DNA of 64,000 bases, taken from Eledone cirrhosa (Eukaryota). The notes under the pieces are model-generated. The model searched no databases. It saw only the letters and a program-made list of their open reading frames with translations, and was not told where the DNA came from. Positions 14,181 through 27,733 of the stretch are shown here, piece by piece (positions within the stretch are counted from its first letter, which is position 1; the number at the start of each line of letters is the position of its first letter). The DNA is taken from assembly GCA_964016885.1 (NCBI GenBank), contig OZ024756.1, positions 33,480,001-33,544,000 on the forward strand, written 5' to 3'. The translations under genes and the position numbers were made by a program.

Positions 14181-14761
14181 AGTAAGAAATATATTATTAA
14201 CAGAAAATACAGTTGGTTCTGTTATGGTTATCACTGGCTGAGAAGATCTATGATAAGTGATCCTCTAGCCGTGACTAACCGATCTTTTTCAGAATCAATT
14301 TTTTCTCGTATCTCCTTCTATTTTTATTTCACATAAAAAGAAAATATTTTTGTTATTCCTTTCCTGGTTGTAGCGATTAGGCTGCCGTTATGAAGAGAAA
14401 ACGTATGATATAGTGTGTTTGTTTTGTTTTCAAAAGATCCCTACTAGTCTTCTCCAGGAATTGTACTCACGACCGCAATAAACGTGAATCGAAAACTGTG
14501 AGCACTAAGACACGCTCCTTACCTACTCATAATTAACATTCCATTAAATAGTAAAGAAAAGCAAAAGATGAATAAAAGGCCAAAAAACAACATTTATTAT
14601 AAACCTACCACTAATATATACGTTAACTAAAGTCATTTCTTTATTCATTATTTTACATTTCTATGCTATTGCAATAGAGATTTAAAATAAATGCTTACAT
14701 AGTGCTTTGTAATTAGGAGAACTATACACCGATAGTATGCTATTTATTTTACCTGATCTAG

Positions 14762-14821
14762 GAATCAATCATTGAAAGAATATAAGCAAAAGTCCCGAAA
14801 GAAAAAGGAAATCAGACGTTG
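14762..14821 (+). CDS. Possible 60-bp coding exon (phase 2/2), NQSLKEYKQKSRKKKEIRR
   Basis: AG acceptor, open frame, phase-compatible with the 25797 exon; donor gtagaa is weak. Confidence 0.2.
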
Positions 14822-15659
14822 GTAGAAATTATTCCGTCTGGTTGTTATATGATTGACTGTTCTTGGGAAATTGTACACATAGATATTTAGTTTCGTTTGT
14901 ACTTTGAATATAATACAGCCAGTGTGAAGAGTTAATAGAATATATCGACAGCTACAATGAATTTTTAGTCTTAAAGCTTTAAAAAATAATGTAAACTTCG
15001 GCATATATCTTCTACTATAGTTATAGGTTGGTCAATATCTTGCGAGTTAAATTTGGAGGAAGTCTGTCGTATTTACAGATATTGATAAACTAAGGGCCAG
15101 CTTGAAAACAAAGTAGATACTGGGATCGATATAATCGAATAAGTCCCTTCAAGATGATGCGCCATCATGGTCGCTGGTTGCGGTCTTATTGTTAAAAGAA
15201 TAAAAATAATCAAATAATAATCAATCCACAGTAACGGGCGGGAATTGGCTTCTAGCAATATGGGGGACCCCAGTAGTTTTCCAACTACGAGGTTTCTAGG
15301 TATTCAAACAATCAAACATTCTACTCGAGAAATTAACGTGCAAGTGGCTCAGTGTTCCATAAGGTCGTACACATTTAGTACGGGATTAAGTGGAAAACAC
15401 AGTGTGTGGCAAGAATTACAGGTACAAGTCTTTTTTCTCGCTGAGTGGACTGGAGCCACGTGAAATGAAGTATCACGATGCTGACCTAAATGAATCGTTG
15501 GGAATGGAATACAGGAACCCACAATTATGAAGAAGTTCTCTTAACTCCTAATCATCAGGCGGTCTATAATGTTCTTTAAGGTATACAAAACTTTGTTTAT
15601 TTTATTGATGAATAAAGTTTATTAGGAGCAACATTACGTTTTGTGTTATACAACTACGC

Positions 15660-15839
15660 TTGGCAGTATCGGTAGAGAGTCGGACGCCATGCTATGCAGC
15701 AAAGAGGTATGGCCCTTTATGGTCTTAGTTCAAATCCCGCCGAGGTTAACTTTGCCTTTCATCCTTATGGGGGTCGATAAAATAAAGTACCAGTAATACA
15801 CTGGGATGATGGCTGGCCTTGTGCCAAAAGTAGAAACAA
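15660..15839 (+). mobile_element. tRNA-derived SINE with 14-bp TSD
   Basis: ttatacaactacgc at 15646-15659 and 15840-15853; A and B boxes present. Confidence 0.9.
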
Positions 15840-16331
15840 TTATACAACTACGCATCTTAGGAATGTGTCATTTACCATAGATTTTGCCCTGTGGGTGAAA
15901 TTGGGTAGACGGAAACGCCAGAATGTTACAAAATTTACTGTAAAAGTTAAGCGGTGTCACATAGCAGAATACACCAGAAAATTCCATTAATGATGAACAC
16001 ATTTGTAGAACTCTCAACCATATGCATATTAATTTCGGGAGCAGGTTCTTCCGTTTTTTTCGAACAGAAAGCTAAGCATCAAATCGACGGAGGTCCACTC
16101 CTAAGTAAATTCTAACTTTGAAAAAGGTAATATTTATCAAAGTGTCTGGCAATTTCCATGATTCTATCACGAAACAAGTTCTCTGTCGTAAAAAGAAAAA
16201 TAGCAATAATAATCATATTCTTATGGGAATCATTCCAAACATTTTCAAAACGTAATTGATTTCAGCACAAGTATCTGTGTATATATATAAAACGTTTATA
16301 ATTGATATATAGAAGCACGCATGCTCATACA

Positions 16332-16420
<89 letters not shown>

Positions 16421-16472
16421 TTATATATATATATATATAAATATATATATACATATATATATACATACATGC

Positions 16473-16505
<33 letters not shown>

Positions 16506-16524
16506 CATACATATATATATATGC

Positions 16525-16577
<53 letters not shown>

Positions 16578-16614
16578 GCATGTATGTGTATATATAAATA
16601 TGTATATATGTATG

Positions 16615-16647
<33 letters not shown>

Positions 16648-16839
16648 TTGTGTGTGTGTATATACATATACATGTAAATATGTATGCATTCAAAGGTGAT
16701 GGTTCTTGCGACATAATTCCGAGTTTCACGTTACCAATTATTCAAACGATTGAAATAGGTAAACAAAATTACATGACAATATTTTAGATAAAATATGCTT
16801 TAGAACTGCATTACGCTCCGATTCTTTGATAAATATAAT

Positions 16840-17024
16840 TGTTTCTACTTTAGGCACAAGGCCAGCAATTACCCAGTACATTACTGGTACTTTATTTTAT
16901 CGACCCCGTAAGGATGAAAGGCAAAGTTAACCTCGGCGGGATTTGAACTCAGACTGTAAAGGGACGTAACTATGCTTGAAAGCATGGCGTCCAACCCTCT
17001 ACCGATACTGCTAATTCACCGCCC
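16840..17024 (-). mobile_element. tRNA-derived SINE with ~15-bp TSD
   Basis: tttgataaatataat on both sides. Confidence 0.9.
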
Positions 17025-17329
17025 TTTTGATAAATATAATCTTTGATAAATATAATTGATAAACAATGAGACATATATTCATCTTTTCAATTATCATATG
17101 TAACGCATATGGTATTTTAATCTACTCTACTCATATGTACATCAGATTTCATTTCTTGTCCCCAGACTCATATATGAGAAACACATACATGCAATTACAG
17201 CGTATGTTATATGTTGTAAAGGATATCCATTTTGTAGAAAGAAATCGTGTTAGCCGTTCATTAGTTGGAAATTATATGGCATGAAATTACTTGCAAAATA
17301 TTACCAATTCAAGTTTCTGTTCAACAGAC

Positions 17330-17332
17330 TGA

Positions 17333-17383
<51 letters not shown>

Positions 17384-17405
17384 ATATATATATCTATATA
17401 TGTTG

Positions 17406-17458
<53 letters not shown>

Positions 17459-17477
17459 TATATATCTATATATGTTG

Positions 17478-17540
<63 letters not shown>

Positions 17541-17559
17541 TATATATCTATATATGTTG

Positions 17560-17608
<49 letters not shown>

Positions 17609-17671
17609 ATATATATATCTATATATGTTGCCTATATATATATATATATATATATATTTTATATATATATA

Positions 17672-17714
<43 letters not shown>

Positions 17715-17817
17715 ATATTATATTATATATATTATATATATATATATATTATATATATATATATATATTATATATTATATATATATATATATTATATATA
17801 TATATATATATTATATA

Positions 17818-17872
<55 letters not shown>

Positions 17873-17906
17873 ATTATATATATATATATATTATATATAT
17901 ATATAT

Positions 17907-17938
<32 letters not shown>

Positions 17939-17960
17939 ATATATATAATATAGGCAACAT
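17330..17960. repeat. (TA)n array with four ctatatatgttgcc interruptions and one inverted ggcaacat
   Basis: Motif at ~17394, 17466, 17548 and 17619; inverted at ~17952. Confidence 0.8.
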
Positions 17961-18042
17961 GTTACCCTTTATTTACGTTTCGCCTTCGTTCCTACTTCTA
18001 ATAGTCATACAAAATATGTTGCCCCTTTTTTGTCAAGAAATC

Positions 18043-18257
18043 AATTTTACACGTTTGAATGTTTTAGGTACAATTGTATTTTAAATAGCATTTAACTATA
18101 TATATATATGTATTTGTTCGTAACTGTATATGCGTGTGTCTATGTGCATTTTTGTATATTATATACTTGTACATATGCGTTCTTATGTATGTATATATAT
18201 ATATATACATATGTATTTACATATCTATAAATATTTCTACATATATATACATATATA

Positions 18258-18326
<69 letters not shown>

Positions 18327-18569
18327 ATATATATATATTGTATATATATATATATATGTGTGTGTGTATATATATATAGAAATATTTATAGATATGTAAA
18401 TACATATGTGTATATATATACATACATAAGCACGCATATATACAAGTATATAATATACACAAATGCACATAGACACACGCATATACAATTAGGAACAAAT
18501 ACATATATATATATAGTGAAATGCTATTTAATATACAATTCTACCTAAAACATTCAAACCTGTATAATT

Positions 18570-18570
<1 letters not shown>
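18043..18570. repeat. ~210-bp diverged inverted duplication around a (TA)n spacer
   Basis: 18043-18255 is the reverse complement of 18366-18570 with scattered mismatches. Confidence 0.85.
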
Positions 18571-18626
<56 letters not shown>

Positions 18627-19491
18627 TTATTTTATTTACTTATTTATTTATTTAATCATTTATTTATTTATTTATATGTATCCGTGTATTTGAGTCAGTA
18701 TGTGTGTCTATCTATGCGCATATATTTGTATATGTGTTTGCGTTTGTCAGACTTAGTTATGGCGAAATGGAAGAAAAGAAATAATAGAAGTTATAAAGAA
18801 TTTAAGAAAAAATACATGTGAACACTTTTCCCAGGTTTGAAAAATGCTTTCAACAATGATTAATGTACTAGTTATGACGTCAAAGAATTGGTACAATACA
18901 TTGGCACGATTCCCTTGTGTGGTAAAGCTTTTAGACTTGTTTTTCCTGTTTCTCTAAAGACAAACTTTAAATTAAGCTAATCGGCTTATAATTCCCAAGT
19001 TTCTAATGCTTTTGTGTTGATAATTTTAGAACGTTAAATTGTCTTCTGTCATTTGAAAAGCATGTTTATCATCCTAAACATATTCGTTTGTGTCCTATCT
19101 TGTTGACTATATTTCGAAGACAAATCATTTTGCATCTACTCTTGATTAATGTGACCAATAATGAAAGTATATTGTTATCAAATTGGTGAAACTTTATGTG
19201 ACGGTATATACGCAGACTTTTTATAATATATAATAGCATTTCAGACTATATATTTTGTAATATCTCATAGAATGTTCGTTCTGTTTTTTGTGTTTTTGTA
19301 TATATATTTTTTCCAGAAACAAATACATAAACAAATGAATGAATAAATAAAAACAAATATAAACGAAGGAAAAAAAATCAATCCAATAAAATTATATTTT
19401 CTTGATATGCTGAGATTTACAAGTGATAAAATTGTTTGTGATAAAAAGTTTCACATTGAAGCATATCTGAAAATACACCACAATAACCATC

Positions 19492-19645
19492 ATAGGCGTT
19501 AAGCTGACAAGCCGCAGATGTAAGCATCGCGAGCTGGAATGGCTTTCCCAGCGCGTCTCCCTTGTCGTCCTCCTGGGAAATGCCTTCTCCATTCTGTCCG
19601 CCGGGGCTGTGGGGAGGCCACCAATATGATTGACTGACTTGTCAA
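19492..19645 (+). mobile_element. 3' end of a CRE-like (restriction-like endonuclease) non-LTR retrotransposon
   Basis: IGVKLTSRRCKHRELEWLSQRVSLVVLLGNAFSILSAGAVGRPPI* resembles the conserved WLxQRxSLAVxRGNAxSIL terminus; related copies at 59066-59150 and ~38000-38050 (-). Confidence 0.7.
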
Positions 19646-20144
19646 CTTATCAGTCAGATGTTTTTAGACATTTGAATAGTTTGTTTGATTCCTTCAAAAA
19701 TACCACAGTACCTCAAGTATTAACTCCACCAGATAAAATATTTTATCTCAACAATGCCCGATATAGATTTAGTACCTACATCCCAAATGATGTAATTTTG
19801 AACAGGAGAGCATGTTAATTTTAACACACAGCGTTGAGGCTGTTCCACAAAATTACTCTCTACTCAGTTTTCCTCACAAGAAATATTTTAACCGGACTAT
19901 GGTATAAACGACAGTTCCTCAAGTTGCGAAAACGAGGGTATCAGAATCAAAACAACCTGATTGAGAAACAGAAATGTTTCTACATTGTAAAACCTTCAGA
20001 ATAAATACAATTATATGGGAAAAGAATTGAGAGAATCACCTTGCTGAAGCTACAGTATTCATATACAGAGATACATACGACACTCTCATCATATTTGTAA
20101 TTTCAGAGGAGGTAAAAATGATTAGAATGTAATAAAAGTAATAT

Positions 20145-20333
20145 CGGTGGAATGGACTATTTATAACAAAACTCAGGGGATAGTCCATCTACTTGTAACA
20201 AAACTCAGAGGATAGTTCGCTGCTGATAAGGTATGTGGAATGGACTATTCATAACAAAACTCAAGGGATAATTCGCCGCTGATAATGTCCGTGGAATGGA
20301 GTATTTATAACAAAACTCACGGGTTAGTTCGCT

Positions 20334-20340
<7 letters not shown>
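20145..20340. repeat. ~55-bp minisatellite, ~3.5 copies
   Basis: gtggaatggactatttataacaaaactca..ggatagttcgc repeated. Confidence 0.8.
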
Positions 20341-20401
<61 letters not shown>

Positions 20402-20425
20402 GTATATGTATATCTATCTATCTAT

Positions 20426-20620
20426 CTAAGGCGGGTAAAATTCCCGAGATCCATGGACGAGTTCTCTCCAGCGGTCTCTGTCCCTCATTATCACTGCCAT
20501 GTCCTGCATCTCCAACAGACCAGTGTCTGTCCTTAGGGCATCAACATACGTTAACCTTGGTCTTCCTCTTCTAGTGTGTCCATGTAGGGGCTCCCAAAGG
20601 AGCACTGAGTGCAATGTCAA
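20426..20620 (-). mobile_element. 5'-truncated RTE-clade LINE 3' end (collinear copy) with (AGAT)n tail, in (TA)n
   Basis: [43 protein letters not shown] is a typical RTE C-terminus. Confidence 0.85.
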
Positions 20621-20712
20621 TATATATATACGTAATGTATATGTATTTATATATATATATATAGACATATATATATATACACATATACATATATGTACAT
20701 ATACATATATAC

Positions 20713-20745
<33 letters not shown>

Positions 20746-21031
20746 CATACACGCACACACACACACACACATACACACACACATACACACACTCACCTCT
20801 AGTTTGCTCTGATCCTAACTGCATCCACAAATGTTATTGCTTTTCCAGCTGTTAAATTAAATATTCGCCACACGAGTATGGTGTAGCGCATTTGATCTAC
20901 ATCCTAGTATAAATAGATGCAAAATAACAAATTGGTTTTGCTTTCTATACCTCTAATTTACTTTGATGACATGGTTTCGATACACACAAACAAACTCATA
21001 TTCACGCATACACGCACGCACACACATGCAC

Positions 21032-21104
<73 letters not shown>

Positions 21105-21262
21105 TGTGTGTGTGTGTATATATATGTTTGTGTGTGTGTGTGTGTATAATATATACAGATATACTTAAATATAAAATCACACACATATATATATGTATGT
21201 ATAAATATAGAAATATATATATGTATATACATATATATATAAGTATATATATATATATATAA

Positions 21263-21344
<82 letters not shown>

Positions 21345-21375
21345 CATAATATATACATGTATATTATATATATAT

Positions 21376-21905
21376 ATTTATTAAAATATCAGATTAAAGT
21401 TTAAGCAAAGAATCGCTGCTTTCACCCTTAACGGGATCTTCTGAAACTAATAAAGTCATTCTGTGAACGCAGAAATGAATATTTCAAAAAACGTTGCAAC
21501 CGGAGGAAGACAGGAAGACGATATTTTGGTTTGTGGAAATGTTCCCTGGCAAAGAACGGGAAAAAACGAATATAATACGTCATTATTTGGAGCGGCGAAA
21601 AACAATTACACGCAAAGACGTATTATATTCGTTTTTTTCCCGTTCTTTGCCAGGGAACGTTTCCACGAACCAAAATACCGTCTTCCTGTCTTCCTCCGGT
21701 TGCAACGTTTTTTGAAATATTCACTTCTGCGTTCACAGATTGACTTTGTTAGTCTCAGAAGATTCCGTTAAGGGTGAAAGCAGCGATTCTTTGCTTAAAC
21801 TTTAATCTGTTATTTTAATAAATATTTGCTCTACGGTTCTTATATATTTGATATATATTCATCCTTATCGAGCCCTCTTTGGATTTTAGTCTACAAATTT
21901 ATTAT
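21376..21905 (+). mobile_element. Family C fold-back element with ~205-bp arms; hammerheads at 21751-21801 (+) and 21398-21448 (-)
   Basis: agttt-CAGAAGA-t-ccc(gttaa)ggg-t-GAA-agca(gcgattctt)tgct-T-aaact; arms 21376-21581 and 21618-21823. Confidence 0.8.
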
Positions 21906-21994
21906 TATTACTATATTATATATCATCCCCAATATATATATATATATATATATGTGTGTGAGTGTGTGTGTAAGTATATACATACATATGCATA

Positions 21995-22029
<35 letters not shown>

Positions 22030-22570
22030 TATATATGGGTATATATGCATACATACATATTGATCTGCCATAATATACTAATATACATTGTTTTTTTATG
22101 TTTTAACATCGTATTCCATACAGCAATATCGCGACCATATTTTTACAAAAGGAAGTTTATATCCGGAAATATCAGTTACGTTTTATATATAGTACCTTAT
22201 CATGTATTGAATCTTGACAGTACTTGTTAGCAATCACCATGTAATCCTTATAAAATTGTCTATCTCTTGTCTCCTTACGCCTAAAACCAAGGACATTAAA
22301 AATAACCCATTTTCCACATTATTCTCTATAAAGTGGCCATAAAAATTCATTATGAAATTTGGTATGAGATTTAAATAGCGATTCTTTTTCCGCATGTTTG
22401 TATTTTGGTCTTTGTTCTTCTATTTTTTTTTTGTTTCTTGAAATAATCGCTGCCTTGAGGGAAGTGAACAATTTGCATTTAACTCCATCCACTAAGTGTT
22501 ATTGTTGCATGTCCGAGAAATATCAATGTGTTATTGATTTCATGATATTAACAATAATAGCAATAATAAT

Positions 22571-22672
22571 TGTTTCTACTTTTGGCACAAGGCCAGCAAT
22601 TATCTCAGTGTACTTTATTTTAACGACCCGTAAGGATGAAAGGCAAAGATAACCTCGGCGGGATTTTAACTC
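22571..22672 (-). mobile_element. Truncated tRNA-derived SINE
   Basis: Matches the SINE 3' part. Confidence 0.8.
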
Positions 22673-22699
22673 ATGGTACCAATAATAATGATATTAAGA

Positions 22700-22700
<1 letters not shown>

Positions 22701-22765
<65 letters not shown>

Positions 22766-22875
22766 AAGAAGAAGAAGAAGAAGAAGAAGAAGAAGAAGAA
22801 GAAGAAGAAGAAGAAGAAGAAGAAGAAGAAGAAGAAGAAGAAGAAGAAGAAGAAGAAGAAGAAGAAGAAGAAGAC
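22701..22875. repeat. (GTA)n(GAA)n compound trinucleotide repeat
   Basis: Direct reading. Confidence 0.95.
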
Positions 22876-22879
22876 AAGT

Positions 22880-23315
22880 AATAGTGATTTCTTTATTAGG
22901 CCAACAGGGTTAACATGTAGCAAACTATAAGGAAGGCACGTGGCGATACAGATGTGGGTTTTGTGTGTAAGAAGAAGGTTATAACAAAACATGTTAAATG
23001 TAATCATTAAAAAAACAATTCACCCAATAGGCGTTGGAGATCTCCTATGTTCACTCGTGGAGAAAACCCACAAAAAGCCACTGTATACTTGACTACAGGG
23101 GCATGTGCCCTATTCTAGTTATTTTCTTCAATTCTATATACTCAGGCCAGAACCATTCACTCAGTCTATGACACCCACTGTCATCTTTGAGCAAACTCTT
23201 GGGTGGAAAATAGCACATACCTCTTCACCAGAATGTTGATGCTTTAGCAAACTCGTAGTTTGAAGATAACACATACCTCTTCACCAGAATTTTCATCTTC
23301 ACTGAAACCTGAAAA
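22880..23315 (-). mobile_element. Probable Tx1/L1-like LINE 3' end with an internal ~55-bp duplication
   Basis: Minus strand KMKILVKRYVL..EFAQR-like terminus, then a 3' UTR with AATAAA abutting the trinucleotide tract. Confidence 0.4.
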
Positions 23316-23635
23316 ATTTAATTAGGTGAAAAATTAAGTCATAATAATTGTAGAGTATTGATTAGAAATATATTTCCTTCAAAGTAAACAGCAATGAGGA
23401 TGAAAGAAGACATTTAATGTGCCTGTATCTCTATCAGGATTTATATCGATTGGCCATCATTAACGACACCAATCATAAAGCGGTCAAAAGCCTGCACAGA
23501 CTTCGATCTGCATACCAATAACTTTTACATTAACATCAAATAAACATTTCATTATGATCATAGTCATCATCACTATCATCATTATCATCAGTATCAACAC
23601 CCCATCATCATCATCATTATCATTATTATTATTAT

Positions 23636-24497
23636 TGGTGGGTTGGCAGTATCGATAGAGGGTCGGACGCCATGCTTTCCAGCTACGTCCATTTACGGTC
23701 TGAGTTTAAATCCCGCCGAGGTTAACTTTGCCTTTCATCCTTACGGGGTCGATAAAATAATGTACCAGTAACGCAGTGGGGTCTATTTAATCGACTTTCC
23801 CCTCACCCAAATTGCTGGCCTTGTGCCTGTATAAGAAATATTATTATTTCGCCTCTCCTTCAAATTACTTCCCTTGTGCCTATAATGGAAACAATTATTA
23901 TTATTATTTTTAATGATGTGGATTGGCAATATTGGTAGAGCGTCGGGCTACATACTTTGGGATATATAATTGCCTCCCTTTACATTCTGAGTTCAAATCC
24001 GACAGAGGTTAGCTTTGCCTTTCATCCTAACGAGGTCGATAAAATAAATTACCAGTAACAACGCACTAACATCTATTTCATTGACATCAAATTGCTGACC
24101 TTGTGCCAAAATTAGAAAATTATTATTCGAGAGGTGGGAAAGGTCCACCATGTGGGATTTATTTCTGTTCTTTGCATTCTGATTTCAAATACCGACCAAG
24201 TCAACTTTGCCTTTTATCCTCCCAGGGTCGATAAAATAAAGTACCATTTAATTCCTGTGATCGAAATAATTGACTTCCCTTTTCCCCTTATTGCACCCAA
24301 ATTTGAAGTAATTATTAGTGTGGTTGTTTGACAGTATCGCTAGAGCGTCAGACACTATGCTTTGCAGCATAGGAGTTATGGCCCTTTACGTTCTGAGTTC
24401 AAATCTCACCGAGGTAAACTTTGCCTTTTTATCCTTACGGGGTCGATAAAATAAAGTACGGGATAATTGTTGGCCTCGTGCCAAAAGTAGAAACAAT
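23636..24497 (+). mobile_element. Cluster of four same-orientation tRNA-derived SINE copies of differing divergence
   Basis: Four repeats of the B box plus ggtcgataaaataa core, separated by (TTA)n tails. Confidence 0.85.
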
Positions 24498-24756
24498 TTT
24501 ATTGTAAGCATTATGGAAATCAAATGCAATCAAATGTGTGAAGCAAGTTTCGTGAAGATTAAACACAATTCGCTTTCGTTTGAGAAAGTTCACCAGAAGA
24601 GAGTGACCATTTGATTGCTTTCTTAACTCTCGGCTCTTCTAATTCTAACTCGTTGTTTTAAAATTGTACAAAGCACATATGGTACATGTTATTTCACATA
24701 TAGCTTTGTATCTATCTTCCCGTATATATATATAATAAAGCCAACTATAACCTCCT

Positions 24757-24809
<53 letters not shown>

Positions 24810-24894
24810 GATATATATATATAGATATATATACACACACACAGTTCAAGAATAAACCAATCTTAAAGAGATGATATATATATATATATATATA

Positions 24895-25010
24895 ACAAAT
24901 GTAAATGAGTGTTTTGAATATTAATAATAATATTAGATTCGTTTGCAATTATATACACAGCCGCTTAAGCCTTGCTCCTGTGTTGACATATAAACAGAAC
25001 TGCAGACACT
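24895..25010. repeat. Dispersed repeat P (related copy at ~45070-45180)
   Basis: gaatattaataataa.att.gattcgtttgcaattat shared between the two loci. Confidence 0.6.
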
Positions 25011-25139
25011 GATGTTTCTGGGTTATTACCCTTCATCAGTACCATATACTATCTACTTGCCAACTTTCAGACCTAGTGAAAATATATATTTTCTGGAATA
25101 CACACACACGCATATATATATATATATATATATGTGTGT

Positions 25140-25213
<74 letters not shown>

Positions 25214-25796
25214 ATGTGGGTGTGGGTGTGTGTGTGGGTGTGTGTGTGATATTTAAATCATCATTTTGAAATAAGAAAGAACAATAATTATAACATACAT
25301 ATTCCGAAACAAAAAATAGTTTATATATATAATAGTTTGGCTCTGTCAAAATATTACAAAATATTTTTGATTTGTTTCTCATATAAAGATTTTAATGAAA
25401 TATAATCCAGCTTCGGATAAAAGAAATTTGCTAAGTTATTGTATTTGTATAAGGCAAGAGTTATTTATTTTTCTCCATAATATTTTTGTAAAATTTAAAT
25501 GCATTTTTCAGAGTGCAAATGCTAATATTTTATCCTAACAAAATTTCATTGTAAATAATTTCTTTCTATTCGTTTTCTCATTTTAGCTTAACTTTTTTTA
25601 GCTCAATTTTTTGCGAATTCTATGTATTTCTAGTGTTGATGTATTGCAAGTTTTCACTTTTAATTTCTATTTTCTGCTCCTATTTTTTGTTTATTCCTTC
25701 TAGCTAGTTTATCTATTAATAATATTTATTTTCATTGTTTTAGTAAATACACAAAATAAATAATTTCGATTACAATTATTTGACTCTTTTTTGTAG

Positions 25797-25877
25797 CGAT
25801 GAATACATTTTTATACAAATAATCGACAATCACATAGCTGGGTCTATGTGTTGTTTAGAAACATGTGATCAAATTTT
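25797..25877 (+). CDS. Probable 81-bp coding exon (phase 2/2), DEYIFIQIIDNHIAGSMCCLETCDQI; gene unidentified
   Basis: ctcttttttgtag acceptor, gtaaga donor, open frame, non-repetitive sequence. Confidence 0.45.
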
Positions 25878-26497
25878 GTAAGAATTCCATTATACTATGA
25901 TTTTGAGATATGTGAACTCTGCGGCGCAGTGAAGGTTATAATACATTAACTCAGTCAATTTCAAGAAATGATAACAATATATGACAACACTTGAAACCAT
26001 TTCACCTGCTGCAATTAGTACTGTCTTCATAATTCTATGGCTTGAGACAATGAAATATGACTTGTTACTGTAACAAATACGCCAAATCGATAGGAGTCTT
26101 TCAAAAGTCTCTATATTCCCTTGTGGTAGTTATCACGTGAGTATTCGTGTTCTGGTTTCCAATACAAACATGACCCACTTCGACATACATACTTCTAATG
26201 ACAATAAAATATAATAATTTTATGTAGCGGTGGAAAGTCAGAATTATTAGAAATCTGAACAAGACGTCTTGCGATATATATTTTTCGACACTTTGTGCAT
26301 TGTTTACTTTCCGTCAAGGCTCATCGCCCCATTACGGAACTACGACTGATTAAGATATCTGAAATAGGTGGGGGAGGAATATAGTCAACTGCTACAGCAG
26401 AAGTACACAAAAACAGACAGATATATACACTCACACATACATACATATGTATTTATACTCATTATTATCATTATATATACTATATGTACATGTTTAA

Positions 26498-26544
<47 letters not shown>

Positions 26545-26550
<6 letters not shown>

Positions 26551-26690
26551 TAACAAATGGAAACTATATTTATAAAACCATATTTATTTCATTATACATA
26601 TTTCAAGGACACCAAAGAAAATTATAGTGCGCTTTCATCAGATAAAATATAATATAGATCAGTTTTATAAACAAATATTGACATACCCTT
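26545..26690 (-). mobile_element. Family E hammerhead element
   Basis: Minus strand attttat-CTGATGA-aagcgcac..gtgtcctt-GAA-atatgtat-A-atgaaat; copy at 63448-63590. Confidence 0.7.
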
Positions 26691-27042
26691 AAAGAATGCG
26701 ACCATGTCGGTTGGAAGCTCCCAAAAATTTGTTGAGTGCTTTATATCAGTTATAAAAATATGTGCTTGTTGTATCCCAACAAATTAAATATAACTTCTAC
26801 ATATATATATTTTTTTGTTTTCAGGGCGTGTGTTTTATGATTTAACTTTTATGTATATTATATTTGATAATTTGTATAATTTTGTATAATTTTGTACATA
26901 GATCTGTTGAATATGCATACCAATTCTAACACATATATGTCCTAGAAACGATCGTTAAATAATGAACTTTTTTTGTTTAATATAAGGAACTGTTTCATTG
27001 TTTTATTCATTATTTTTTTAACATTTTATATATATATATATA

Positions 27043-27235
27043 TATTTAATATAGAAAAGGCTTCTACAGGACTAGAACTGTTTCATTCGAAGGTCATCAA
27101 CAGGAAATCCCCTGATGATTTCCTTCGAATAAAACAGTTCTAGTCCTGTAGAAGCCATTTCTATATTAAATATGTATACACTGCTATGTATTGAGTACCT
27201 TGCTTACTGTGGTTACCCCCGATTGAACCCGGTAT
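27043..27235 (+). mobile_element. Family B fold-back hammerhead element
   Basis: Inverted arms 27043-27098 and 27113-27172; CTGATGA at 27112; 3' tail containing gtattgagtacc. Confidence 0.8.
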
Positions 27236-27733
27236 ACACACATATATATATGTATGTATGTATGTATGTATATATATATATACGCTTATATATATATTTA
27301 TATACACATATATGTGTGTGTGAGTGTGTGTGTGTACGTGTATGCATATATGTTTTATGTATATATGTGTATGTTTGTATGCATTGGAGGTATATCATGG
27401 TTATCCCTTTATCTGCGAGATAGAGAGAGTGAGAAGACAGAGAGAAAGAGATGAAGGTAAACTAGAGAAAGCAATTTTACAGAATGCTGTTCCTTCTCTC
27501 AAATAAGCGCCACCTCTCCACTAAATATCTTATTCCAATCACAAGAACCTCAGAATTAGAATTTCATTTTTGTTTTCAGGGCGTGTGTTTTATGATTTAA
27601 CTTTTTTCTTACAAAGGGGCTTGAAAGAGCCCCTAGTTTTTTTTCTGATACAATAGTGGGTTTTTTTAAGGATTTAAATTTATCTAAAAAAACATATTAT
27701 GATAATTTTATATAAAAACCTTTATTAATTTCA

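Noticed and set aside
20145-20340. CRISPR-like repeat array
   Set aside because: Eukaryotic context, no unique regular spacers and no cas genes; it is a minisatellite.
21463-21771. 102-aa ORF as a GIY-YIG endonuclease remnant
   Set aside because: It crosses the fold-back apex and shows no recognisable motif. No autonomous PLE ORF was found in the window, so the PLE assignment rests on ribozyme type and architecture only.
22636-23007. Poly-V/E, poly-F/Y and poly-S/T ORFs
   Set aside because: Pure (GTA)n(GAA)n repeat.
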